Origin: an uncultured Verrucomicrobiae bacterium
Lineage (GTDB): Bacteria; Verrucomicrobiota; Verrucomicrobiia; Palsa-1439
Direction: 5' to 3'
Length of the DNA: 64,000 nucleotides
Assembly: GCA_963812605.1 (NCBI GenBank)
Contig: CAWEWF010000001.1
Location: 448,001 to 512,000, forward strand
Numbering within the stretch: the stretch's first letter is position 1; each line of letters begins with the position of its first letter. The notes beneath the pieces were generated by a model that was given only the letters and a program-made list of their open reading frames with translations, made no database searches and was not told the origin of the DNA. Below are positions 29,316-38,394 of this stretch, one piece after another. The position numbers and the translations under genes were made by a program.

Positions 29316-29356
29316 ATGTCAAATGCGCTATTTTAACCACTAAACATTGATGTTTT

Positions 29357-29433
29357 GCTCCCGTAGCTCAGATGGATAGAGCGTCGGTTTCCTAAACCGC
29401 AGGTCGCCCGTTCGAATCGGGCCGGGAGCGCCA
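29357..29433 (+). tRNA. tRNA-Arg (anticodon CCT)
   Basis: GCTCCCG/CGGGAGC acceptor stem, AGCTCAGATGGATAGAGC D-arm, TTCCTAA loop, GTTCGAATC T-loop, encoded CCA. Confidence 0.96.
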
Positions 29434-29458
29434 CCTTGGGCTGTCGCATCGGTTCGCA

Positions 29459-30718
29459 TTAGTCAATTCTCACGGGTTGAAGTTGGGGGACAGCCAGGTG
29501 GAAAATCAGCCAGGCTGCGATATAGGCGCTGCCACAAATCAGCATGATGGAGCGGTACGTACCTTCGCCCTGCAGGATGTTGCTCACGAGCCAGAAGAAA
29601 GCCATCGACATGAATGAGGCCAGCATGCCGCCAAAACCGACGACCGATGCGACCGCCCGCTTCGGAAAGATATCGGAAATGACGGTGTACATCGTCGCCG
29701 ACCAACCTTGATGCGCGGCGGCGGCCAGCGCGAAGAAGCTCGTGGCCAGCCAGACGCTCTCGACACGGGTCGCGAAAATCACGGGCAAGGTGGCAACCGC
29801 ACAGAGTAGGGAAGCAGCCTTGCGCGCCTTGTTCACCGACCAGCCCTGACGCAGAAACCACGCGGACAAACCGCCACCGGCGATGCTGCCCAGACAAGTG
29901 ACCGAATAAACCACCACTAGTGGTAACCCGAATTGTTTCAAGTCCAGGTGAAACTGCTTGCTGAAAAAGTCCGGTAACCAAAACCCATAAAACCACCAGA
30001 CCGGCCCCACCAGCACACACGTACCGTAGTAAGCCCAAGCCTCACGATAACCAAGGAGTTTGACCCATGAAATGTTCTGCTCCGCTGTCTCCGCTGCGCC
30101 GCCGCGGATATGAGCCAGCTCGGCGGCTGTCACTCGTCGTGACATCTCCGGCGCGTCGTAAAAAATCCACCAGAAGATCAGCCACACAAACCCGGATAAG
30201 CCGAGCGCAATGAACGAGAATTGCCACCCGAAGGCCAGATACAGCCACGGCACGAATAGCGGGGCGAAGATGGCCCCGATGTTCGAGCCGGCGTTGAAGA
30301 TACCCGTGGCCACAGAGCGTTCTTTCGGCGGGAACCATTCGGCCACGGTCTTGATCGCCGTCGGAAAATTAGCCGACTCACCGAGGCCGAGCGCGAAACG
30401 CGCCGTACCGAAGCCGAATACCGACCGGGCCATCGCGTGTGCCATCGCCGCCAGACTCCAGAGCACCATGGAAAAGGCGTAGGCGCTTTTTGTCCCGACC
30501 CATTCAATGAACGGGCCGGACAGCGCTTGTCCGATGGCGTAAGAAGCCTGGAAAGCGATGGCAATCCGGCCGTAATCCGTTTCACTCCAATGCAAAGCCT
30601 GGGATAAGGCGGGTTTGAGCAAACCAAGAATCTGACGGTCCATGTAATTGACCACGCAGGCGAAGAAGAGCAGCGTGCAAATGACCCAACGATAGTTTCC
30701 GGGCGATCGCGGCATCAT
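29459..30718 (-). CDS. MFS hexuronate transporter (ExuT-like)
   Basis: NYRWVICTLLF...NYMDRQ, GESANFP.AIKTVAEWFP.KER, AAAAHQGWSA. Confidence 0.9.
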   Translation of the reverse strand: MMPRSPGNYRWVICTLLFFACVVNYMDRQILGLLKPALSQALHWSETDYGRIAIAFQASYAIGQALSGPFIEWVGTKSAYAFSMVLWSLAAMAHAMARSVFGFGTARFALGLGESANFPTAIKTVAEWFPPKERSVATGIFNAGSNIGAIFAPLFVPWLYLAFGWQFSFIALGLSGFVWLIFWWIFYDAPEMSRRVTAAELAHIRGGAAETAEQNISWVKLLGYREAWAYYGTCVLVGPVWWFYGFWLPDFFSKQFHLDLKQFGLPLVVVYSVTCLGSIAGGGLSAWFLRQGWSVNKARKAASLLCAVATLPVIFATRVESVWLATSFFALAAAAHQGWSATMYTVISDIFPKRAVASVVGFGGMLASFMSMAFFWLVSNILQGEGTYRSIMLICGSAYIAAWLIFHLAVPQLQPVRID

Positions 30719-32397
30719 TTCACTCGAAGAGCGTCGGCACTGCCTCCGTTGGCGAAAATGAAGTCTTTCGCCGCAGCCTTGAGGTCGGTATTCGTGATGG
30801 CGATATTGGAATTGGCGGCGCCTTCCACCTTCACCACCGCTTCGGCCCCGGTGGCATACGTCAGGTGATCAATCACGGCATTCCGCGTGTCGAATACGGT
30901 CAGCACGGGACCTTTGCGATTGGCAACGTCCACCTGGTCGAGGGTAATATTTTCCGCATCCATCCAGACCATGCCGGTTTCGGCAGCGAGTGAGACGTTG
31001 CGCAGGTGGATGCCGCGAATGGGCATTTCCGGCAATCCCTGCAATATCATGGCCGTCCGCGCCCCGCGACAAATCACGTCTTCGATATGGATGTCACGGA
31101 ATTGCGGCGTTTCCTCGGTCGCGGGCACGGGCTTCTGTTCGAGGTTGGTCGAATCGCCGTTGGCATCGAGCGGGGCCTGGCCGCCGTAATACATCGTGAA
31201 CCCGATGGCCTCGGCGGCAATGTCCGTCATCCGGACATTGCGGATGTAGATTTTCTCAACGATTCCTCCCCGCCCGCGCGTGCTCTTGAAACGCAGGCCA
31301 ATATCGGTGCCCATGAAAAGGCAATTATTGACGTAGATGTTGCGCACGCCCCCGGACATTTCGCTGCCGATGGTGACGCCCCCGTGGGCGTGATAGACAA
31401 CACAATTCTCAATCCAGACATTTTCCGTCGGAACCCCGATTCGTCGGCCGGCGGCGTCCTTGCCCGATTTTAGGCAGATGCCGTCGTCGCCCGCGTCAAA
31501 GCTGGAATTGCGCAGGTTCACATTGCGGCACGACTCCAAATCGAGCGCGTCGCTGTTTTGCGCCGACCACGCATTGTGTACCGTAATGTTGCGAATCGTG
31601 ACGTCCTGGCAAAGTCGGGGATTCAGGGTCCAATTTGGCGGGTTCTGGAAGGTGACGCCTTCCAACAGGACCCGGCGGCAATTGATGAGCGCCAGCATTT
31701 TCGGTCGGAGAGTTTGATGGGCCGGCTCGTAATCTTCCGGTTTGAATGACCGGGCCTTCTCCAACTGTCTCACGAGCTTTTCTCCCTCCATGGCTTCGCG
31801 GCTCGGCCACCAGGTATTGCCGCTCTCGTCGGTCACGCCCCCGGATTTGGTGAGCGCTTTCCATTGCAGTTCTGTGAATTTGCTTTTCTTTACCGGGCGC
31901 CAGGCGTCGCCCGCGCCGTCAATGATGCCGTGGCCGGTGATGGCAACATTCTCCAGGTTTTCGCCGGAGATCGGGGAAGTCGAAACGACCTCCTTCTCGC
32001 CCTTCACATCGAGGACGACGAGCGGGTACTGGTGATAGTCCGATGTGAATTGCAGGAGCGCACCGGCTTCCAGATGCAGATCGATACGACTCTGGAGCCG
32101 GATCGGCCCGCTCAGCCAAAGACCTGCCGGGACAACAAGTTTTCCGCCGCCCTGCCGCTGGAGTAACGCGATGGCCTTGGCAAACGCTTCCGTGTTGAGT
32201 GTTTTTCCGTCGCCAACCGCGCCGAAATCCGTGAGATGGGCAATGCGGTTGGGAATGGCCGGTTCTTTGATTCGGGGCAGCGGATCAGCGGCCGGTGTCG
32301 ACGTGGCGGCGGCGATCAACAGCCACACGATTATACTCCCGCGAGACGCGAATGAAATCCGGCACAAGCTGCCACGCAACAGCGATTGTCTTTTCAT
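30715..32397 (-). CDS. GH28 polygalacturonase
   Basis: DFGAVGDGKT, QNSDALD, GDDGICLKSG, HGGVTIGSE, RFKS. Confidence 0.93.
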   Translation of the reverse strand: MKRQSLLRGSLCRISFASRGSIIVWLLIAAATSTPAADPLPRIKEPAIPNRIAHLTDFGAVGDGKTLNTEAFAKAIALLQRQGGGKLVVPAGLWLSGPIRLQSRIDLHLEAGALLQFTSDYHQYPLVVLDVKGEKEVVSTSPISGENLENVAITGHGIIDGAGDAWRPVKKSKFTELQWKALTKSGGVTDESGNTWWPSREAMEGEKLVRQLEKARSFKPEDYEPAHQTLRPKMLALINCRRVLLEGVTFQNPPNWTLNPRLCQDVTIRNITVHNAWSAQNSDALDLESCRNVNLRNSSFDAGDDGICLKSGKDAAGRRIGVPTENVWIENCVVYHAHGGVTIGSEMSGGVRNIYVNNCLFMGTDIGLRFKSTRGRGGIVEKIYIRNVRMTDIAAEAIGFTMYYGGQAPLDANGDSTNLEQKPVPATEETPQFRDIHIEDVICRGARTAMILQGLPEMPIRGIHLRNVSLAAETGMVWMDAENITLDQVDVANRKGPVLTVFDTRNAVIDHLTYATGAEAVVKVEGAANSNIAITNTDLKAAAKDFIFANGGSADALRVK

Positions 32398-32444
32398 AAG
32401 CTCTACTGTCTAGTAAGCTACCGATTGCCGACAAGCAAGAAAGG

Positions 32445-33035
32445 ATGGTCATGATGGCTTTCACATTGCCGATTGGAGACAAGGCCCTCGATTTCAAGTT
32501 GCCCGCCACGGATGGGAAGACCTACCGGCTCGCGGATTTCGATGATGCCAAGGTGCTGGTGATTTTTTTTACCTGCAATCATTGTCCCTACGTCACGGGG
32601 TCGGACGAGGTGACCAGGCGGACAGCGGAGCAATTCGCTCCGCAGGGCGTCAGGTTTGTGGGGATCAATTCCAACAGTCAAAATACCTACGCGGAGGATG
32701 ACTTTCCGCACATGGTGGCGCGGATGAAGGAGAAGAAGTTTCCCTGGGTCTACCTGCGTGACGAATCGCAGGACGTCGCCCGCGCCTACGGGGCGTTGCG
32801 CACGCCGCACTTTTACGTGTTCGACCGGTCCCGAAAGCTCATCTACACCGGGCGGGGGGTTAACACGCCGCGCGACACGAGCAAGATGACCGTGAACGAT
32901 TTGGAGCGGGCGTTGCGGGAACACTTGGCCGGGCAGCCACTGAGCCAGCCCAAGACCAACCCGATTGGCTGCAACGTGAAATGGGACGGCAAGGACGCAC
33001 ACTGGATGCCGGCCGAAGCCTGCGACCTGGTCTAG
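32445..33035 (+). CDS. Thioredoxin-like AhpC/TSA family protein
   Basis: [29 protein letters not shown]. Confidence 0.9.
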   Translation: MVMMAFTLPIGDKALDFKLPATDGKTYRLADFDDAKVLVIFFTCNHCPYVTGSDEVTRRTAEQFAPQGVRFVGINSNSQNTYAEDDFPHMVARMKEKKFPWVYLRDESQDVARAYGALRTPHFYVFDRSRKLIYTGRGVNTPRDTSKMTVNDLERALREHLAGQPLSQPKTNPIGCNVKWDGKDAHWMPAEACDLV

Positions 33036-33038
33036 ACG

Positions 33039-34043
33039 ATGCGAGTCTTGATCATCGGCGGGACGGGGCTGATCAGCCGGGGGATCGTCAAGCACCTGCT
33101 GGCGCGGGACGCCGAGGTCACCGTCTTCAATCGCGCGCAACGGGAGGATACCTTGCCCGCTGCTGTGAAGCGGCTGACCGGCGACCGCAACCAGTCCGCG
33201 GATTTCGAACGACAATTCGCCGCGACACATTTCGATGTGGTCATCGATATGGTCTGTTTCACACCCGAGCAGGCGGCCAGTGACGTGCGCGCCTTCCACG
33301 GCCGGTGCGAACAGTTTATCTTCTGTTCGACCGTTTGTACCTATGGCGTGAAAGCGCCGCCGCAGGTGCTGGTCGACGAGTCATTCCCGCAGGAACCGAT
33401 CAGCGGATACGGGCGCAACAAACTGGCCTGCGAACAAATCTTTCGTCACGCCCAGGACGAGGGACATTTTCAAGTGACGATCATTCGTCCCAGCAGCACT
33501 TACGGCGCCGGAGCACCGTTGATCGACAACCTGGAACCTGATGCCGTGGCGTGGGACCGCATCGAGCGCGGGCTACCCGTGCTCTGTGCCGGTGATGGGC
33601 TGGGACTGTGGCAATCCACGCATCGCGACGATTGCGGCAAGCTTTTCGCCTACGCGGCGCTCCAGCCGCGGACCTACGGCCAGGATTACAATGCCACGCG
33701 CGAGGAGGTTTTCACCTGGCGGGACTATTATCGCCAGGCGGCCGCCGCGCTCGGCAAGACGGCGCAGTTGGTGTTCCTGCCGGCCGACTGGATCGTTCGC
33801 CACGATCCATCACGCTTCGGTTTGCTCAACGAAATTAGCCGGTTTCACGGCGCGTACAACTCGGCCAAGGCCCGTCGCGACGTTCCCGAATTCGTTTGCG
33901 AGATTGACCTGACCTGTGGAGCGACCGAAACCTTCGCCGATCTCCGTCGCCGCGGCGCCTGGCGGGACAGCCGGGCGGATACGCTCTATCAATCGATGAT
34001 CGAGGAGGCGCTGGCGTTCGGCGTTGCGCCGGTTCCAGCCTGA
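33039..34043 (+). CDS. NAD-dependent epimerase/dehydratase family protein
   Basis: IIGGTGLIS, YGRNK. Confidence 0.88.
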   Translation: MRVLIIGGTGLISRGIVKHLLARDAEVTVFNRAQREDTLPAAVKRLTGDRNQSADFERQFAATHFDVVIDMVCFTPEQAASDVRAFHGRCEQFIFCSTVCTYGVKAPPQVLVDESFPQEPISGYGRNKLACEQIFRHAQDEGHFQVTIIRPSSTYGAGAPLIDNLEPDAVAWDRIERGLPVLCAGDGLGLWQSTHRDDCGKLFAYAALQPRTYGQDYNATREEVFTWRDYYRQAAAALGKTAQLVFLPADWIVRHDPSRFGLLNEISRFHGAYNSAKARRDVPEFVCEIDLTCGATETFADLRRRGAWRDSRADTLYQSMIEEALAFGVAPVPA

Positions 34044-34058
34044 ACACGATCCGGTTCT

Positions 34059-34847
34059 TTAACGGAGCAGGCTGGTGTACATCGGCCTGGCGTGAACAAC
34101 ACCGCCATTGAAGTAGAAGGTCTTTTCGTACGAGAATGTTTGGGCGGTACGGTCGTAGGTCAGGGTCCGCGGGCCATCCGTGTAATTCGGGTCATACACA
34201 TGGAAGGCAAATTGGTGGGAATCCGGCGGGTCGATTTCTTCATAAACCGTAACGGCATGATTGATGTTCACCTGCGGGAAATTATAGAGCCACACCACCA
34301 TCGGGTGGCCTTGATGCAACCAACCCTGGAGGCTCCCGCACAGCCGCGCCTGATGTTCGGGTGAAGGTTCGAACGGCATGGGGAATTTCCGCAGATGGAA
34401 ATAGGTGGTCCAACCGGCGCCCATGTTGGCGCGCAAAAGGCGGCCTTCGCGCTCGCTCAATTCGTGCAAGCTGGCAAAACCGGGAAAAACAACGCGTTGG
34501 TCGGCGCCTTCGCTGGGCCACCACGCCGCGCGGTCGCGCACGTCACGAATGCGTCGCGCCAGTTCCGCGGCAGTCACGGGCGAAGCTTGCGGCTCAAAGC
34601 GGGCGTGTTTCCAGAATTGCACCACACCCGCGGCCATGATGAAACAGCGGCGGGTATAGGCATGTTCGCGTTCCAGCGACTTCGCATCCGACGCCGGAAC
34701 GCTATTTTGAGAATTGAAAACCAATTCGTTGGCGTACGCAAAGGTGTCCTGTTGAAAGTTGAAGGGCCGGCCCGCGCCTGCGGTAGGTTGCACCGACGCG
34801 CAACCCATGGAAATCATCAACAGGCCGACTGCAATCAGAATTCGCAT
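34059..34847 (-). CDS. Putative lipoprotein, possibly papain-like fold
   Basis: Lipobox-like SMGC; RRCF, NHAV and YDPN motifs; overlaps the end of the HpnK-like gene. Confidence 0.65.
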   Translation of the reverse strand: MRILIAVGLLMISMGCASVQPTAGAGRPFNFQQDTFAYANELVFNSQNSVPASDAKSLEREHAYTRRCFIMAAGVVQFWKHARFEPQASPVTAAELARRIRDVRDRAAWWPSEGADQRVVFPGFASLHELSEREGRLLRANMGAGWTTYFHLRKFPMPFEPSPEHQARLCGSLQGWLHQGHPMVVWLYNFPQVNINHAVTVYEEIDPPDSHQFAFHVYDPNYTDGPRTLTYDRTAQTFSYEKTFYFNGGVVHARPMYTSLLR

Positions 34848-35557
34848 GTTTTCAACTCCAACAAGCACTGCACGTCGGCATCGTTCTCCACGGTGCGTGG
34901 ATGAAAAAAGAACTCGTGAAGTCCCGCCGGCAGTTGCCGTACCGCCGCCGCAACCTCACGTGACTGCATATGGAACGTGCGACCCAGACCCCAGATCGTA
35001 TCCGTGCGCCGATAGGGACAGTGCCGGCGGCGTGGCTCGACCCACAGCTTATCCATAACTCCAAAAACAATTGCGGCCGGGCTTGGGGAGAAGAACTGCG
35101 GTTTGCCCGAGCGAATCCAGCCCTCGAATCGCGACGGCAAGACATTCAACATTGCCTTGTACACAAATGGATGGGCGTGCAGATGATGGTGGGAGTTGAC
35201 GAAGGCACACGGCAGGCTGGTTGCGTGAAACAACTCCCATTGCGCTTTCACTTCGGCGCGCATCAAGCGCCGCGCGTTGGGGGACAGGCCGATGGCCCAG
35301 CCGGCTCCCCAATGCGATTCACCCCACGGCCAGGCGTTGCGGGTGATGGGTTTTGAGTCGCAGAGATGCAGATGCCAGCCGACCTGGAGGCCCGGATTGT
35401 CCCGAGCCAGCCGGACGGCATCCTCCGTGGCCGCCTGGCCCATCATCAGGCTGGCGCCCTGCAGGACCCCCTGACGATGGGCGCGGAGGATCGCCTGGTT
35501 GACCTCCGGGCTCATCCCAAAATCGTCCGCAATGAAAAACACTTCTCTGCCGTGCAT
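34835..35557 (-). CDS. ChbG/HpnK (YdjC) family deacetylase
   Basis: FIADDFGMS, ASLMM, VGWHLHL, NSHHHLH, EFFFHP. Confidence 0.88.
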   Translation of the reverse strand: MHGREVFFIADDFGMSPEVNQAILRAHRQGVLQGASLMMGQAATEDAVRLARDNPGLQVGWHLHLCDSKPITRNAWPWGESHWGAGWAIGLSPNARRLMRAEVKAQWELFHATSLPCAFVNSHHHLHAHPFVYKAMLNVLPSRFEGWIRSGKPQFFSPSPAAIVFGVMDKLWVEPRRRHCPYRRTDTIWGLGRTFHMQSREVAAAVRQLPAGLHEFFFHPRTVENDADVQCLLELKTCEF

Positions 35558-35579
35558 GTTTAACGTAGATTCTGCCGCA

Positions 35580-36572
35580 ATGTCTGGGTCGACGCAATTC
35601 CTGATCACCGGGGGCACCGGTTTTATTGGACGCCATGTAGTGCGTCGGCTTCTCGCCCGGGGTGCGAGAGTACGCGTCTTTTGCCGCACCCCGGAGAAGG
35701 CCCAACGGTTATTCGGTGACCGGGTTGAGATTGTGCGCGGGGACTTGCGGGATCGCGCCAGCGTTGCGGCGGCGATGCCGGGCTGCGACGCGGTCATTCA
35801 CCTGGGCGCGACGTTCCAGTTTGGGCGCAAGGTGCGGCGGATCCATGAGGAGACGAACGTATCGGGCACGAAATATTTATTGGAGGCCGGCGAGCGGATT
35901 GGTGTCCGGCGGTTCGTGCACGTGGGTTCCTGCGGCGTGCTGGAGGGCCGCCGGGAGTTGCTGACGGAGCGCGACTTTCCGCGCGCCGTGGGTGTCCGCG
36001 AGTCGTATCGGCGTTCCAAGTGGCTGGGCGAAGTGGCCGCGCTGGAAGCCGCGGGCCGCGGGTTGCCGGTGACGATTGCCAGCCCGACGAGTCCGCTCGG
36101 CGCCGGTGACGAGAAGCCAACGCCGACGGGGCGAATTGTTCGAGACTACTTGCGCGGACAGTTTCCCTTTGGCGCCCATGTGGGCTTGAACTTTGTCCAT
36201 GTAGAGGATCTCGCCGAGGGGGTCCTGGCGGTGGCGGAACGGGGCCGAACCGGTGAACGCTATCTACTCGGTCATCATAACGTGTGGCTCGATGAGTTTC
36301 TCCGGGTACTGGCGCGGATTACCAATCGTCCCGCCCCGCGGATTATCCTGCCGCAGGCGGCGATTACGCTGGCGGGCGTCGTCGGCGAGGCGACAGGCAG
36401 CGAACGGGTCTGTTGGGAAACCGCGGCGCACGCGCGCCGGCGGCAGTGGTTCGACTTCTCGAAAGCCGCCGCGGAATTGGGTTGGAGCCCGCGAGCGCCC
36501 CTGGATGCGATCGCTGGCGAGTCGGTCCAGTGGTTCCAGGCATGGCAGAATCAAGCGCGGGTCACGGGCTGA
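35580..36572 (+). CDS. HpnA-like NAD-dependent epimerase/reductase
   Basis: ITGGTGFIG, YRRSK, PLGAGDEKPTPTGRI, LNFVHVED, GERYLLG. Confidence 0.88.
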   Translation: MSGSTQFLITGGTGFIGRHVVRRLLARGARVRVFCRTPEKAQRLFGDRVEIVRGDLRDRASVAAAMPGCDAVIHLGATFQFGRKVRRIHEETNVSGTKYLLEAGERIGVRRFVHVGSCGVLEGRRELLTERDFPRAVGVRESYRRSKWLGEVAALEAAGRGLPVTIASPTSPLGAGDEKPTPTGRIVRDYLRGQFPFGAHVGLNFVHVEDLAEGVLAVAERGRTGERYLLGHHNVWLDEFLRVLARITNRPAPRIILPQAAITLAGVVGEATGSERVCWETAAHARRRQWFDFSKAAAELGWSPRAPLDAIAGESVQWFQAWQNQARVTG

Positions 36573-36581
36573 GGAAATCAA

Positions 36582-37757
36582 ATGTCGCAACATTTTGAAT
36601 GGTTGTTGGTCGGTTGGTCCCTGCTGGCTTTTTGCTGGTGGGGGATCACGCTCTGGCTTGTCGCTCGCGAGCGCCATCAACAGCGCTTGCAAACAACGAG
36701 GGTGGTTCAGGCCGTCCAGCAGAGGCCCCCGCTATCTATTTTCAAGCCCATCCCGTCGCTGCACGGTGGCCAGCCTGCGCCACAACTTGTCGCGGCTTTG
36801 GAATCATTCATCAGTCAGTTGACCGCGGATGCCGAGATGCTGCTGGGGATTGAGGAAGCCGAGGCGGCAGCCTGGGAGCCCGTCATCGGGAGGTGGCGAC
36901 GGATGTATCCCGGTGGACGGCTGAACGTCATCGTTGCCCCGCGGCCCGGGCAATTCCACAGCCCGAAAGTTTCCTGGTTTCACCACCTGGCGCGATACGC
37001 CGAGGGCGAGATTTGGCTGTGGAGCGATGCGGACATTGTCGCGCCGGCCGGATCGCTGGACGCGATGCGGCTGGAGTTTTCGGAGAGTGGCGCGGGAATG
37101 GTGACGTGTCCCTACGTGGTCCGTGACATCGGGCCGGCTTCCATGATGCTGGAGGCGTTGTTTGTAAACATGGAATTCTACCCGGGCGTGCTGTTTTGCC
37201 GGGAAATGGGTCCCGTGCAATTTGGGTTGGGGCCGGCGATGATGTTTTCGGCGGCGCGTTTTCGCGAACGCGCGCAGTGGGAGATATTGGGCGCGCGCAT
37301 GGCGGACGACAACGCGCTGGGCCGGGCAATGGCACCGGTGAAGGTCAGCGAAACCACGGTGGTGACTTTTGCGGCGGAATCGGATTGGCGGGACGCGATT
37401 GAGCACTACTTCCGCTGGCAAAAAACGGTACGCTGGTGTCAGCCCGCCGGTTTCGCGGGGTTGATCACGATCCAACCGATGTTGGGTTGGCTCGCGGCAG
37501 TGCTCCTGCATCCCGGCAGCCCGGTCGCCTGGCTGGGATTGGCGGCGACGGGGCAGGTCGAGGTGTTGACGGCGGCGACGTTGTTTTGGCTGATCGGCTG
37601 CGAACTGCGCTCGTGGTGGGTGGTCAGTTTGTGGAGCCTGTTGCTGCGGCCGTTGACGTGGGTTGCCTGCTGGATGCCGTGGCCGGTGGTGTTCCGTTCG
37701 CAGAAGCGGAAATGGTGGAGCTTGTATCATTCGGTGCCGCTGGAGGGCGAAACCTGA
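36582..37757 (+). CDS. HpnI/ceramide glucosyltransferase-like glycosyltransferase
   Basis: SIFKP, SPKV, WSDADI, MADDNALG, FRWQKTVR; N- and C-terminal TMs. Confidence 0.82.
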   Translation: MSQHFEWLLVGWSLLAFCWWGITLWLVARERHQQRLQTTRVVQAVQQRPPLSIFKPIPSLHGGQPAPQLVAALESFISQLTADAEMLLGIEEAEAAAWEPVIGRWRRMYPGGRLNVIVAPRPGQFHSPKVSWFHHLARYAEGEIWLWSDADIVAPAGSLDAMRLEFSESGAGMVTCPYVVRDIGPASMMLEALFVNMEFYPGVLFCREMGPVQFGLGPAMMFSAARFRERAQWEILGARMADDNALGRAMAPVKVSETTVVTFAAESDWRDAIEHYFRWQKTVRWCQPAGFAGLITIQPMLGWLAAVLLHPGSPVAWLGLAATGQVEVLTAATLFWLIGCELRSWWVVSLWSLLLRPLTWVACWMPWPVVFRSQKRKWWSLYHSVPLEGET

Positions 37758-37788
37758 AACGAGTGTTGCCATTGCGGCACGGGGCGAA

Positions 37789-38394
37789 ATGTCGTTGGTG
37801 ATCGCGCAACTGGCGGGGGTGGTGGTGTTTTGCATCGGGGTGCTGGCGCTGGGACTGTGGTTGCGGCGGCGCCCTTCGGCGAATGCGGCGCGGCGCACGA
37901 GCATGATCAGTCATATTTTATTTCACGCGGGATTATCGGTGCCAATGGTGTGGGGGCTTTTTTGGCCGAGCATTGGCCGGTTCGATGCGATCGTGGGGTT
38001 GACATCCCTGCCCCTGCCGGCGATGTGGGAAATCCTGGGCGGTTGCCTGCTGCTGGCGGGATTTTATTTGGCGGCGCTTTCCATGATTGTGTTGATGAAA
38101 TGGGGGCAAGGGTTGGCTTCATTTGTCCTGTCCCAACGCGTTGTCGAAATGAACTTGTACGAGCGGTTGCGCAATCCGATGGCGCTCGGGTGGTACCTCA
38201 TGTGCCTGGGCCTTGCCGGTTGCGCCTGCTCGACGTACCTGATGCTCTACTTGCTACTCGGCCACATTCCGGCCCACATTTTCTACCTGAAATTTTTTGA
38301 GGAGCGCGAATTGGAACTTCGTTTTGGTCAGAGCTACCTCGCCTATAAGCGGCGGGTTCCGTTCTTGATTCCCCGCTGGAGGCCCGCGTCATGA
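37789..38394 (+). CDS. Isoprenylcysteine/phospholipid methyltransferase-family membrane protein
   Basis: YERLRNPMALG, EERELELRFGQSYLAYKRRVPFLIP. Confidence 0.85.
   Translation: MSLVIAQLAGVVVFCIGVLALGLWLRRRPSANAARRTSMISHILFHAGLSVPMVWGLFWPSIGRFDAIVGLTSLPLPAMWEILGGCLLLAGFYLAALSMIVLMKWGQGLASFVLSQRVVEMNLYERLRNPMALGWYLMCLGLAGCACSTYLMLYLLLGHIPAHIFYLKFFEERELELRFGQSYLAYKRRVPFLIPRWRPAS

Larger units (their letters stand above)
24835..29396. mobile_element. Small (~4.5 kb) integrative element at tRNA-Arg(CCT)
   Basis: 45-bp flanking direct repeats, tyrosine integrase, excisionase-like HTH, visibly AT-richer DNA. Confidence 0.92.

Noticed and set aside
24835-29396. Prophage or phage satellite
   Set aside because: No replication, packaging or structural genes; only integrase, xis-like HTH and cargo
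34835-37757. Canonical hopanoid biosynthesis cluster
   Set aside because: No shc, hpnCDE, hpnH or hpnJ in the window; the genes are instead operonic with KS/ACP
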